From Eledone cirrhosa (lineage: Eukaryota), in assembly GCA_964016885.1 (NCBI GenBank), contig OZ024741.1, positions 362,948,001-363,012,000 of the forward strand: a stretch of DNA of 64,000 nucleotides. The letters run 5' to 3'. Shown one piece after another: positions 39,101 through 54,100 of this stretch. The notes under the pieces were generated by a model, which was not told the origin of the DNA, made no database searches, and worked only from the letters and a program-made list of their open reading frames with translations. Within the stretch, counting starts at the first letter, position 1. Each line of letters opens with the position of its first letter. Made by a program: the position numbers and the translations under genes.

Positions 39101-42100
39101 GGTATAATGAGGCCAGTCTGTTACAACATGGTATAATGAGGCCAGTCTGTTACAACATGGTATAATGAGGCCAGTCTATTACAACATGGTATAATGAGGC
39201 CAGTCTGTTACAACATGGTATAATGAGGCCAGGCTGTTAGATGGTATAATGAGGCCAGTCTATTACAACATGGTATAATGAGGCCAGTCTATTACAACAT
39301 GGTATAATGAGGCCAGTCTGTTACAACATGGTATACTGAGGCCAGTCTATTACAACATGGTATAATGAGGCCAGTCTATTACAACATGGTATAATGAGGC
39401 CAGTCCGTTACAACATGGTATAATAAGGCCAGTCTGTTACAACATGGTATAATGAGGCCAGTCTGTTACAACATGGTATAATAAGGCCAGTCTGTTACAA
39501 CATGGTATAATGAGGCCAGTCTATTACATGGTATAATGAGGCCAGTCTATTACAACATGGTATAATGAGGCCAGTCTGTTACAACATGGTATAATGAGGC
39601 CAGTCTATTACAACATGGTATAATGAGGCCAGTCTATTACAACATGGTATAATGAGGCCAGTCTATTACAACATGGTATAATGAGGCCAGTCTGTTACAA
39701 CATGGTATAATGAGGCCAGTCTATTACAACATGGTATAATGAGGTCAGTCTGTTACAACATGGTATAATGAGGCCAGTCTATTACAACATAGTATAATGA
39801 GGCCAGTCTATTACAACATGGTATAATAAAGCCAGTCTATTACAACATGGTATAATGAGGCCAATCTATTAAAACATGGTATAATGAGGCCAGTCTGTTA
39901 CAACATGGTATAATGAGGCCAGTCTATTACAACATGGTATAATGAGGCCAGTCTGTTACAACATGGTATAATGAAGCCAGTCTATTACAACATGATATAA
40001 TGAGGCCAGTCTGTTACAACATGGTATAATGAGGCCAATCTATTACAACATGGTATAATGAGGCCAGTCTGTTACAACATGGTATAATGAGGCCAGTCTA
40101 TTACAACATGGTATAATGAGGCCAGTCTGTTACAACATGGTATAATGAGGCAGATTCTGTTACAACATGGTATAATGAGGCCAGTCTGTTACAACATGGT
40201 ATAATGAGGCCAGTCTGTTACAACATGGTATAATGAGGCCAGTCTATTACAACATGGTATAATGAGGCCAGTATGTTACAACATGGTATAATGAGGCCAG
40301 TCTATTACAACATGGTATAATGAAGTCAGTCTATTACAACATGGTATAATGAGGCCAGTCTGTTACAACATGGTATAATGAGGCCAGTCTATTACAACAT
40401 GGTATAATGAGGCCAGTCTATTACATGGTATAATGAGGCCAGTCTATTACAACATGGTATAATGAGGCCAGTCTGTTACAACATGGTATAATTAGGCCAG
40501 TCTATTACAACATGGTATAATAAGGCCAGTCTATTACAACATGGTATAATGAGGCCAGTCTGTTACAACATGGTATAATTAGGCCAGTCTATTACAACAT
40601 GGTATAATAAGGCCAGTCTATTACAACATGGTATAATGAGGCCAGTCTATTACATGATATAATTAGGCCAGTCTATTACAACATGGTATAATAAGGCCAG
40701 TCTATTAAAACATGGTATAATGAGGCCAGTCCATTACAACATGGTATAATGAGGCCAGTCTATTACATGGTATAATGAGGCCAGTCTATTACAACATGGT
40801 ATAATGAGGCCAGTCTGTTACAACATGGTATAATGAGGCCAGTCTATTACAACATGGTATAATGAGGCCAGTCTATTACAACATGGTATAATGAGGCCAG
40901 TCTATTACAACATAGTATAATGAGGCCAGTCTGTTACAACATGGTATAATAAAGCCAGTCTATTACAACATGGTATAATGAGGCCAGTCTATTAAAACAT
41001 GGTATAATGAGGCCAGTCTGTTACAACATGGTATAATGAGGCCAATTTATTACAACATGGTATAATGAGGCCAGTCTGTTACAACATGGTATAATGAAGC
41101 CAGTCTATTACAACATGGTATAATGAGGCCAGTCTGTTACAACATGGTATAATGAGGCCAATCTATTACAACATGGTATAATGAGGCCAGTCTGTTACAA
41201 CATGGTATAATGAGGCAGATTCTGTTACAACATGGTATAATGAGGCCAGTCTGTTACAACATGGTATAATGAGGCCAGTCTATTACAACATGGTATAATG
41301 AGGCCAGTATGTTACAACATGGTATAATGAGGCCAGTCTATTACAACATGGTATAATGAGGCCAGTCTATTACAACATGGTATAATGAGGCCAGTCTGTT
41401 ACAACATGGTATAATGAGGCCAGTCTATTACAACATGGTATAATGAGGCCAGTCTGTTACAGCATGGTATAATAAGGCCAGTCTGTTACAACATGGTATA
41501 ATGAGGCCAGTCTGTTACAACATGGTATAATAAGGCCAGTCTGTTACAACATGGTATAATGAAGCCAGTCTATTACAACATGGTATAATGAGGTCAGTCT
41601 ATTACAACATGGTATAATGAGGCCAGTCTATTACAACATGGTATAATGAGGCCGGTCTATTACATGGTATAATGAGGCCAGTCTATTACAACATGGTATA
41701 ATGAGGCCAGTCTGTTACAACATGGTATAATGAGGCAGATTCTGTTACAACATGGTATAATGAGGTCAGTCTGTTACAACATGGTATAATGAGGCCAGTA
41801 TGTTACAACATGGTATAATGAGGCCAGTCTATTACAACATGGTATAATGAAGCCAGTCTATTACAACATGGTATAATTAGGCCAGTCTGTTACAACATGG
41901 TATAATGAGGCCAGTCTGTTACAACATGGTATAATGAGGCCAGTCTATTACAACATGGTATAATGAGGCCAGTCTGTTACAACATGGTATAATGAGGCCA
42001 GGCTGTTAGATGGTATAATGAGGCCAGTCTATTACAACATGGTATAATGAGGCCAGTCTATTACAACATGGTATAATGAGGCCAGTCTGTTACAACATGG

Positions 42101-45100
42101 TATACTGAGGCCAGTCTATTACAACATGGTATAATGAGGCCAGTCTATTACAACATGGTATAATGAGGCCAGTCCGTTACAACATGGTATAATAAGGCCA
42201 GTCTGTTACAACATGGTATAATGAGGCCAGTCTGTTACAACATGGTATAATAAGGCCAGTCTGTTACAACATGGTATAATGAGGCCAGTCTATTACATGG
42301 TATAATGAGGCCAGTCTATTACAACATGGTATAATGAGGCCAGTCTGTTACAACATGGTATAATGAGGCCAGTCTATTACAACATGGTATAATGAGGCCA
42401 GTCTATTACAACATGGTATAATGAGGCCAGTCTATTACAACATGGTATAATGAGGCCAGTCTGTTACAACATGGTATAATGAGGCCAGTCTATTACAACA
42501 TGGTATAATGAGGTCAGTCTGTTACAACATGGTATAATGAGGCCAGGCTATTACAACATGGTATAATTAGGCCAGTCTATTACATGGTATAATGAGGCCA
42601 GTCTATTACATGGTATAATGAGGCCAGTCTGTTACAACATGGTATAATTAGGCCAGTCTATTACAACATGGTATAATAAGGCCAGTCTATTACAACATGG
42701 TATAATGAGGCCAGTCTATTACATGGTATAATGAGGCCAGTCTATTACAACATGGTATAATGAGGCCAGTCTGTTACAACATGGTATAATGAGGCCAGTC
42801 TATTACAACATGGTATAATGAGGCCAGTCTATTACATGGTATAATGAGGCCAGTCTATTACAACATGGTATAATGAGGCCAGTCTGTTACAACATGGTAT
42901 AATTAGGCCAGTCTATTACAACATGGTATAATAAGGCCAGTCTATTACAACATGGTATAATGAGGCCAGTCTGTTACAACATGGTATAATTAGGCCAGTC
43001 TATTACAACATGGTATAATAAGGCCAGTCTATTACAACATGGTATAATGAGGCCAGTCTATTACATGGTATAATTAGGCCAGTCTATTACAACATGGTAT
43101 AATAAGGCCAGTCTATTACAACATGGTATAATGAGGCCAGTCTATTACATGGTATAATGAGGCCAGTCTATTACAACATGGTATAATGAGGCCAGTCTGT
43201 TACAACATGGTATAATGAGGCCAGTCTATTACAACATGGTATAATGAGGCCAGTCTATTACAACATGGTATAATGAGGCCAGTCTATTACAACATGGTAT
43301 AATGAGGCCAGTCTATTACATGGTATAATGAGGCCAGTCTATTACAACATGGTATAATGAGGCCAGTCTGTTACAACATGGTATAATGAGGCCAGTCTAT
43401 TACAACATGGTATAATGAGGCCAGTCTATTACAACATGGTATAATGAGGCCAGTCTATTACAACATAGTATAATGAGGTCAGTCTATTACAACATGGTAT
43501 AATAAAGCCAGTCTATTACAACATGGTATAATGAGGCCAATCTATTAAAACATGGTATAATGAGGCCAGTCTGTTACAACATGGTATAATGAGGCCAGTC
43601 TATTACAACATGGTATAATGAGGCCAGTCTGTTACAACATGGTATAATGAAGCCAGTCTATTACAACATGATATAATGAGGCCAGTCTGTTACAACATGG
43701 TATAATGAGGCCAATCTATTACAACATGGTATAATGAGGCCAGTCTGTTACAACATGGTATAATGAGGCCAGTCTATTACAACATGGTATAATGAGGCCA
43801 GTCTGTTACAACATGGTATAATGAGGCAGATTCTGTTACAACATGGTATAATGAGGCCAGTCTGTTACAACATGGTATAATGAGGCCAGTATGTTACAAC
43901 ATGGTATAATGAGGCCAGTCTATTAAAACATGGTATAATGAGGCCAGTCTATTACAACATGGTATAATGAGGCCGGTCTATTACATGGTATAATGAGGCC
44001 AGTCTATTACAACATGGTATAATGAAGTCAGTCTATTACAACATGGTATAATGAGGCCAGTCTGTTACAACATGGTATAATGAGGCCAGTCTGTTATAAC
44101 ATGGTATAATGAGGCCAGTCTATTACAACATGGTATAATGAGGCCAGTCTGTTACGACATGGTATAATAAGGCCAGTCTGTTACAACATGGTATAATGAG
44201 GCCAGTCTATTACACATGGTATAATGAGGCCAGTCTATTACAACATGGTATAATGAGGCCAGTCTATTACATGGTATAATGAGGCCAGTCTATTACAACA
44301 TGGTATAATGAGGCCAGTCTGTTACAACATGGTATAATGAGGCCAGTCTATTACAACATGGTATAATGAGGCCAGTCTATTACAACATGGTATAATGAGG
44401 CCAGTCTGTTACAACATGGTATAATGAGGCCAGTCTATTACAACATGGTATAATGAGATCAGTCTATTACAACATGGTATAATAAGGCCAGTCTATTACA
44501 ACATGGTATAATGAGGCCAGTCTATTACATGGTATAATGAGGCCAGTCTATTACAACATGGTATAATGAGGCCAGTCTGTTACAACATGGTATAATGAGG
44601 CCAGTCTATTACAACATGGTATAATGAGGCCAGTCTATTACAACATGGTATAATGAGGCCAGTCTGTTACAACATGGTATAATGAGGCCAGTCTGCTACA
44701 ACATGGTATAATGAGGCCAGTCTATTACAACATGGTATAATGAGGCCAGTCTATTACAACATGGTATAATGAGGCCAGTCTATTACATGGTATAATGAGG
44801 CCAGTCTATTACAACATGGTATAATGAGGCCAGTCTGTTACAACATGGTATAATGAGGCCAGTCTATTACAACATGGTATAATGAGGCCAGTCTATTACA
44901 ACATGGTATAATGAGGCCAGTCTATTACAACATGGTATAATGAGGCCAGTCTATTAAAACATGGTATAATGAGGCCAGTCTGTTACAACATGGTATAATG
45001 AGGCCAGTCTATTACAACATGGTATAATGAGGCCAGTCTATTACATGGTATAATGAGGCCAGTCTATTACAACATGGTATAATGAGGCCAGTCTATTACA

Positions 45101-48100
45101 ACATGGTATAATGAGGCCAGTCCGTTACAACATGGTATAATAAGGTCAGTCTGTTACAACATGGTATAATGAGGCCAGTCTGTTACAACATGGTATAATA
45201 AGGCCAGTCTGTTACAACATGGTATAATAAGGCCAGTCTGTTACAACATGGTTTAATGAGGCCAGTCTGTTACAACATGGTATAATGAGGCCAATCTGTT
45301 ACAACATGGTATAAGGCCAGTCTATTACAATATGGTATAATGAGGCCAGTCTATTACAACATGGTATAATGAGGCCAGTCTGTTACAACATGGTATAATG
45401 AGGCCAGTCTATTACATGGTATAATGAGGCCTGTCTATTACAACATGGTATAATGAGGCCAGTCTGTTACAACATGGTATAATGAGGCCAGTCTATTACA
45501 ACATGGTATAATGAGGCCAGTCTGTTACATGGTATAATGAAGTCAGTCTGTTACAACATGGTATAATGAGGCCAGTCTATTATAACATGGTATAATGAGG
45601 CCAGTCTATTATAACATGGTATAATGAGGTCAGTCTGTTACAACATGGTATAATGAGGCCAGGCTGTTAGATGGTATAAAGAGGCCAGTCTGTTACAACA
45701 TGGTATAATGAGGCCAGTCTGTTACAACATGGTATAATGAGGCCAGTCTATTAGAACATGGTATAATGAGGCCAGTCTATTACAACATGGTATAATGAGG
45801 CCAGTCTGTTACAACATGGTATAATGAGGCCAGTCTGTTACAACATGGTATAATGAGGAAAGTCTATTACATGGTATAATGAGGCCTGTCTATTACAACA
45901 TGGTATAATGAGGCCAGTCTATTACAACATGGTATAATGAGGCCAGTCTATTACAACATGGTATAATGAGGCCAGTCTGTTACAACATGGTATAATGAGG
46001 CCAGTCTGTTACAACATGGTATAATGAGGCCAGTCTGTTACAACATGGTATAATTAGGCCAGTCTGTTACAACATGGTATAATGAGGCCAGTCTGTTACA
46101 ACATGGTATAATGAGGAAAGTCTATTACAACATGGTATAATGAGGTCAGTCTGTTACAACATGGTATAATGAGGCCAGTCTGTTACATGGTATAATGAGG
46201 CCTGTCTGTTACAACATGGTATAATGAGGCCAGTCTATTATAACATGGTATGATGAGGTCAGTCTGTTACAACATGGTATAATGAGGCCAATCTGTTACA
46301 ACATGGTATAATGAGGCCAGTCTGTTACAACATGGTATAATGATGCCAGTCTATTACAACATGGTATAATGAGGCCAGTCTGTTACAATATGGTATAATA
46401 AGGCCAGTCTGTTACAACATGGTATAATGAGGCCAGTCTGTTACAACATGGTATAATGAGGCCAGTCTGTTACAACATGGTATAATGAGGCCAGTCTATT
46501 ACAACATGGTATAATGAGGCGTCTGTTACAACATGGTATAATGAGGTCAGTCTGTTACAACATGGGATAATAAGGCCAGTCTGTTACAACATGGTTTAAT
46601 GAGGCCAGTCTGTTACAACATGGTATAATGAGGCCAATCTGTTACAACATGGTATGAGGCCAGTCTATTACAATATGGTATAATGAGGCCAGTCTATTAC
46701 AACATGGTATAATGAGGCCAGTCTATTACATGGTATAATGAGGCCTGTCTATTACAACATGGTATAATGAGGCCAGTCTGTTACAACATGGTATAATGAG
46801 GCCAGTCTATTACAACATGGTATAATGAGGCCAGTCTGTTACAACATGGTATAATGAAGTCAGTCTGTTACAACATGTTATAATGAGGCCAGTCTATTAC
46901 AACATGGTATAATGAGGTCAGTCTGTTACAACATGGTATAATGAGGCCAGGCTGTTAGATGGTATAATGAGGCCAGTCTGTTACAACATGGTATAATAAG
47001 GTCAGTCTGTTACAACATGGTATAATGAGGCCAGTCTGTTACATGGTATAATGAGGCCTGTCTGTTACAACATGGTATAATGAGGCCAGTCTATTATAAC
47101 ATGGTATGATGAGGTCAGTCTGTTACAACATGGTATAATGAGGTCAGTCTGTTACAACATGGTATAATAAGGCCAGTCTGTTACAACATGGTATAATGAG
47201 GCCAGTCTGTTACAACATGGTATAATGAGGCCTGTCTATTACAACATGGTATAATGAGGCCAGTCTGTTACAACATGGTATAATGAGGCCAGTCTATTAC
47301 AACATGGTATAATGAGGCCAGTCTGTTACATGGTATAATGAAGTCAGTCTGTTACAACATGGTATAATGAGGCCAGTCTATTATAACATGGTATAATGAG
47401 GCCAGTCTATTATAACATGGTATAATGAGGTCAGTCTGTTACAACATGGTATAATGAGGCCAGGCTGTTAGATGGTATAAAGAGGCCAGTCTGTTACAAC
47501 ATGGTATAATGAGGCCAGTCTGTTACAACATGGTATAATGAGGCCAGTCTATTAGAACATGGTATAATGAGGCCAGTCTATTACAACATGGTATAATGAG
47601 GCCAGTCTGTTACAACATGGTATAATGAGGCCAGTCTGTTACAACATGGTATAATGAGGAAAGTCTATTACATGGTATAATGAGGCCTGTCTATTACAAC
47701 ATGGTATAATGAGGCCAGTCTATTACAACATGGTATAATGAGGCCAGTCTATTACAACATGGTATAATGAGGCCAGTCTGTTACAACATGGTATAATGAG
47801 GCCAGTCTGTTACAACATGGTATAATGAGGCCAGTCTGTTACAACATGGTATAATTAGGCCAGTCTGTTACAACATGGTATAATGAGGCCAGTCTGTTAC
47901 AACATGGTATAATGAGGAAAGTCTATTACAACATGGTATAATGAGGTCAGTCTGTTACAACATGGTATAATGAGGCCAGTCTGTTACATGGTATAATGAG
48001 GCCTGTCTGTTACAACATGGTATAATGAGGCCAGTCTATTATAACATGGTATGATGAGGTCAGTCTGTTACAACATGGTATAATGAGGCCAATCTGTTAC

Positions 48101-51100
48101 AACATGGTATAATGAGGCCAGTCTGTTACAACATGGTATAATGATGCCAGTCTATTACAACATGGTATAATGAGGCCAGTCTGTTACAATATGGTATAAT
48201 AAGGCCAGTCTGTTACAACATGGTATAATGAGGCCAGTCTGTTACAACATGGTATAATGAGGCCAGTCTGTTACAACATGGTATAATGAGGCCAGTCTAT
48301 TACAACATGGTATAATGAGGCGTCTGTTACAACATGGTATAATGAGGTCAGTCTGTTACAACATGGGATAATAAGGCCAGTCTGTTACAACATGGTTTAA
48401 TGAGGCCAGTCTGTTACAACATGGTATAATGAGGCCAATCTGTTACAACATGGTATGAGGCCAGTCTATTACAATATGGTATAATGAGGCCAGTCTATTA
48501 CAACATGGTATAATGAGGCCAGTCTATTACATGGTATAATGAGGCCTGTCTATTACAACATGGTATAATGAGGCCAGTCTGTTACAACATGGTATAATGA
48601 GGCCAGTCTATTACAACATGGTATAATGAGGCCAGTCTGTTACAACATGGTATAATGAAGTCAGTCTGTTACAACATGTTATAATGAGGCCAGTCTATTA
48701 CAACATGGTATAATGAGGTCAGTCTGTTACAACATGGTATAATGAGGCCAGGCTGTTAGATGGTATAATGAGGCCAGTCTGTTACAACATGGTATAATAA
48801 GGTCAGTCTGTTACAACATGGTATAATGAGGCCAGTCTGTTACATGGTATAATGAGGCCTGTCTGTTACAACATGGTATAATGAGGCCAGTCTATTATAA
48901 CATGGTATGATGAGGTCAGTCTGTTACAACATGGTATAATGAGGTCAGTCTGTTACAACATGGTATAATAAGGCCAGTCTGTTACAACATGGTATAATGA
49001 GGCCAGTCTGTTACAACATGGTATAATGAGGCCAGTCTGTTAGATGGTATAATGAGGCCAGTCTGTTACAACATGGTATAATGAGGCCAGTCTGTTACAA
49101 CATGGTATAATGAGGCCAGTCTATTACAACATGGTATAATGAGGCCAGTCTGTTACAATATGGTATAATGAGGCCAGTCTATTACAACATGGTATAATAA
49201 GGCCAGTCTGTTACAACATGGTATAATGAGGCCAGTCTGTTACAACATGGTATAATGAGGCCAGTCTATTACAACATGGTATAATGAGGCCAGTCTGTTA
49301 CAATATGGTATAATGAGGCCAGTCTATTACAACATGGTATAATAAGGCCAGTCTGTTACAACATGGTATAATGAGGCCAGTCTGTTACAACATGGTATAA
49401 TGAGGCCAGTCTATTACAACATGGTATAATGAGGCGTCTGTTACAACATGGTATAATGAGGTCAGTCTGTTACAACATGGGATAATAAGGCCAGTCTGTT
49501 ACAACATGGTTTAATGAGGCCAGTCTGTTACAACATGGTATAATGAGGCCAATCTGTTACAACATGGTATGAGGCCAGTCTATTAAAATATGGTATAATG
49601 AGGCCAGTCTATTACAACATGGTATAATGAGGCCAGTCTGTTACAACATGGTATAATGAGGCCAGTCTATTACAACATGGTATAATGAGGCCAGTCTGTT
49701 ACAACATGGTATAATGAAGTCAGTCTGTTACAACATGTTATAATGAGGCCAGTCTATTATAACATGGTATAATGAGGTCAGTCTGTTACAACATGGTATA
49801 ATGAGGCCAGGCTGTTAGATGGTATAATGAGGCCAGTCTGTTACAACATGGTATAATAAGGTCAGTCTGTTACAACATGGTATAATGAGGCCAGTCTATT
49901 ACATGGTATAATGAGGCCAGTCTATTACAACATGGTATAATGAGGCCAGTCTGTTACAACATGGTATAATGAGGCCAGTCTGTTACAACATGGTATAATG
50001 AGGCCAGTCTATTACAACATGGTATAATGAGGTCAGTCTGTTACAACATGGTATAATGAGGCCAGTCTATTACATGGTATAATGAGGCCAGTCTATTACA
50101 ACATGGTATAATGAGGCCAGTCTGTTACAACATGGTATAATGAGGCCAGTCTGTTACAACATGGTATAATGAGGCCAGTCTATTAGAACATGGTATAATG
50201 AGGCCAGTCTATTACAACATGGTATAATGAAGCCAGTCTGTTACAACATGGTATAATGAGGCCAGTCTGTTACAACATGGTATAATTAGGCCAGTCTGTT
50301 ACAACATGGTATAATGAGGCCAGTCTGTTACAACATGGTATAATGAGGCCAGTCTATTACATGGTATAATGAGGCCAGTCTATTACAACATGGTATAATG
50401 AGGCCAGTCTGTTACAACATGGTATAATGAGGCCAGTCTGTTACAACATGGTATAATGAGGCCAGTCTGTTACAACATGGTATAATTAGGCCAGTCTGTT
50501 ACAACATGGTATAATGAGGCCAGTCTATTACAACATGGTATAATGAGGCCAGTCTATTACAACATGGTATAATGAGGCCTGTCTATTACAACATGGTATA
50601 ATGAGGCCAGTCTATTACAACATGGTATAATGAGGCCAGTCTGTTACAACATGGTATAATGAGGCCAGTCTGTTACAACATGGTATAATGAGGCCAGTCT
50701 GTTACAACATGGTATAATGAGGCCAGTCTGTTACAACATGGTATAATGAGGCCAGTCTGTTACAACATGGTATAATGAGGCCAGTCTGTTACAACATGGT
50801 ATAATGAGGCCAGTCTGTTACAACATGGTATAATGAGGCCAGTCTGTTACAACATGGTATAATGAGGCCAGTCTATTACAACATGGTATAATGAGGCCAG
50901 TCTATTATAACATGGTATAATGAGGTCAGTCTGTTACAACATGGTATAATGAGGCCAGTCTATTACAACATGGTATAATGAGGCCAGTCTATTATAACAT
51001 GGTATAATGAGGCCAGTCTGTTACAACATGGTATAATGAGGCCAGTCTGTTACAACATGGTATAATGAGGCCAGTCTGTTACAACATGGTATAATGAGGC

Positions 51101-54100
51101 CAGTCTATTACAACATGGTATAATGAGGCCAGTCTGTTACAACATGGTATAATGAAGCCAGTCTATTACAACATGATATAATGAGGCCAGTCTGTTACAA
51201 CATGGTATAATGAGGCCAATCTATTACAACATGGTATAATGAGGCCAGTCTGTTACAACATGGTATAATGAGGCCAGTCTATTACAACATGGTATAATGA
51301 GGCCAGTCTGTTACAACATGGTATAATGAGGCAGATTCTGTTACAACATGGTATAATGAGGCCAGTCTGTTACAACATGGTATAATGAGGCCAGTATGTT
51401 ACAACATGGTATAATGAGGCCAGTCTATTAAAACATGGTATAATGAGGCCAGTCTATTACAACATGGTATAATGAGGCCGGTCTATTACATGGTATAATG
51501 AGGCCAGTCTATTACAACATGGTATAATGAAGTCAGTCTATTACAACATGGTATAATGAGGCCAGTCTGTTACAACATGGTATAATGAGGCCAGTCTGTT
51601 ATAACATGGTATAATGAGGCCAGTCTATTACAACATGGTATAATGAGGCCAGTCTGTTACGACATGGTATAATAAGGCCAGTCTGTTACAACATGGTATA
51701 ATGAGGCCAGTCTATTACACATGGTATAATGAGGCCAGTCTATTACAACATGGTATAATGAGGCCAGTCTATTACATGGTATAATGAGGCCAGTCTATTA
51801 CAACATGGTATAATGAGGCCAGTCTGTTACAACATGGTATAATGAGGCCAGTCTATTACAACATGGTATAATGAGGCCAGTCTATTACAACATGGTATAA
51901 TGAGACCAGTCTATTACAACATGGTATAATGAGGGCAGTCTGTTACAACATGGTATAATGAGGCCAGTCTATTACAACATGGTATAATGAGGTCAGTCTA
52001 TTACAACATGGTATAATAAGGCCAGTCTATTACAACATGGTATAATGAGGCCAGTCTATTACATGGTATAATGAGGCCAGTCTATTACAACATGGTATAA
52101 TGAGGCCAGTCTGTTACAACATGGTATAATGAGGCCAGTCTATTACAACATGGTATAATGAGGCCAGTCTATTACAACATGGTATAATGAGGCCAGTCTG
52201 TTACAACATGGTATAATGAGGCCAGTCTGCTACAACATGGTATAATGAGGCCAGTCTATTACAACATGGTATAATGAGGCCAGTCTATTACAACATGGTA
52301 TAATGAGGCCAGTCTATTACATGGTATAATGAGGCCAGTCTATTACAACATGGTATAATGAGGCCAGTCTGTTACAACATGGTATAATGAGGCCAGTCTA
52401 TTACAACATGGTATAATGAGGCCAGTCTATTACAACATGGTATAATGAGGCCAGTCTATTACAACATGGTATAATGAGGCCAGTCTATTAAAACATGGTA
52501 TAATGAGGCCAGTCTGTTACAACATGGTATAATGAGGCCAGTCTATTACAACATGGTATAATGAGGCCAGTCTATTACATGGTATAATGAGGCCAGTCTA
52601 TTACAACATGGTATAATGAGGCCAGTCTATTACAACATGGTATAATGAGGCCAGTCCGTTACAACATGGTATAATAAGGTCAGTCTGTTAAAACATGGTA
52701 TAATGAGGCCAGTCTGTTACAACATGGTATAATAAGGCCAGTCTGTTACAACATGGTATAATAAGGCCAGTCTGTTACAACATGGTTTAATGAGGCCAGT
52801 CTGTTACAACATGGTATAATGAGGCCAATCTGTTACAACATGGTATAAGGCCAGTCTATTACAATATGGTATAATGAGGCCAGTCTATTACAACATGGTA
52901 TAATGAGGCCAGTCTGTTACAACATGGTATAATGAGGCCAGTCTATTACATGGTATAATGAGGCCTGTCTATTACAACATGGTATAATGAGGCCAGTCTG
53001 TTACAACATGGTATAATGAGGCCAGTCTATTACAACATGGTATAATGAGGCCAGTCTGTTACATGGTATAATGAAGTCAGTCTGTTACAACATGGTATAA
53101 TGAGGCCAGTCTATTATAACATGGTATAATGAGGCCAGTCTATTATAACATGGTATAATGAGGTCAGTCTGTTACAACATGGTATAATGAGGCCAGGCTG
53201 TTAGATGGTATAAAGAGGCCAGTCTGTTACAACATGGTATAATGAGGCCAGTCTGTTACAACATGGTATAATGAGGCCAGTCTATTAGAACATGGTATAA
53301 TGAGGCCAGTCTATTACAACATGGTATAATGAGGCCAGTCTGTTACAACATGGTATAATGAGGCCAGTCTGTTACAACATGGTATAATGAGGAAAGTCTA
53401 TTACATGGTATAATGAGGCCTGTCTATTATAACATGGTATAATGAGGCCAGTCTATTACAACATGGTATAATGAGGCCAGTCTATTACAACATGGTATAA
53501 TGAGGCCAGTCTGTTACAACATGGTATAATGAGGCCAGTCTGTTACAACATGGTATAATGAGGCCAGTCTGTTACAACATGGTATAATTAGGCCAGTCTG
53601 TTACAACATGGTATAATGAGGCCAGTCTGTTACAACATGGTATAATGAGGAAAGTCTATTACAACATGGTATAATGAGGTCAGTCTGTTACAACATGGTA
53701 TAATGAGGCCAGTCTGTTACATGGTATAATGAGGCCTGTCTGTTACAACATGGTATAATGAGGCCAGTCTATTATAACATGGTATGATGAGGTCAGTCTG
53801 TTACAACATGGTATAATGAGGCCAATCTGTTACAACATGGTATAATGAGGCCAGTCTGTTACAACATGGTATAATGATGCCAGTCTATTACAACATGGTA
53901 TAATGAGGCCAGTCTGTTACAATATGGTATAATGAGGCCAGTCTATTACAACATGGTATAATAAGGCCAGTCTGTTACAACATGGTATAATGAGGCCAGT
54001 CTGTTACAACATGGTATAATGAGGCCAGTCTATTACAACATGGTATAATGAGGCGTCTGTTACAACATGGTATAATGAGGTCAGTCTGTTACAACATGGG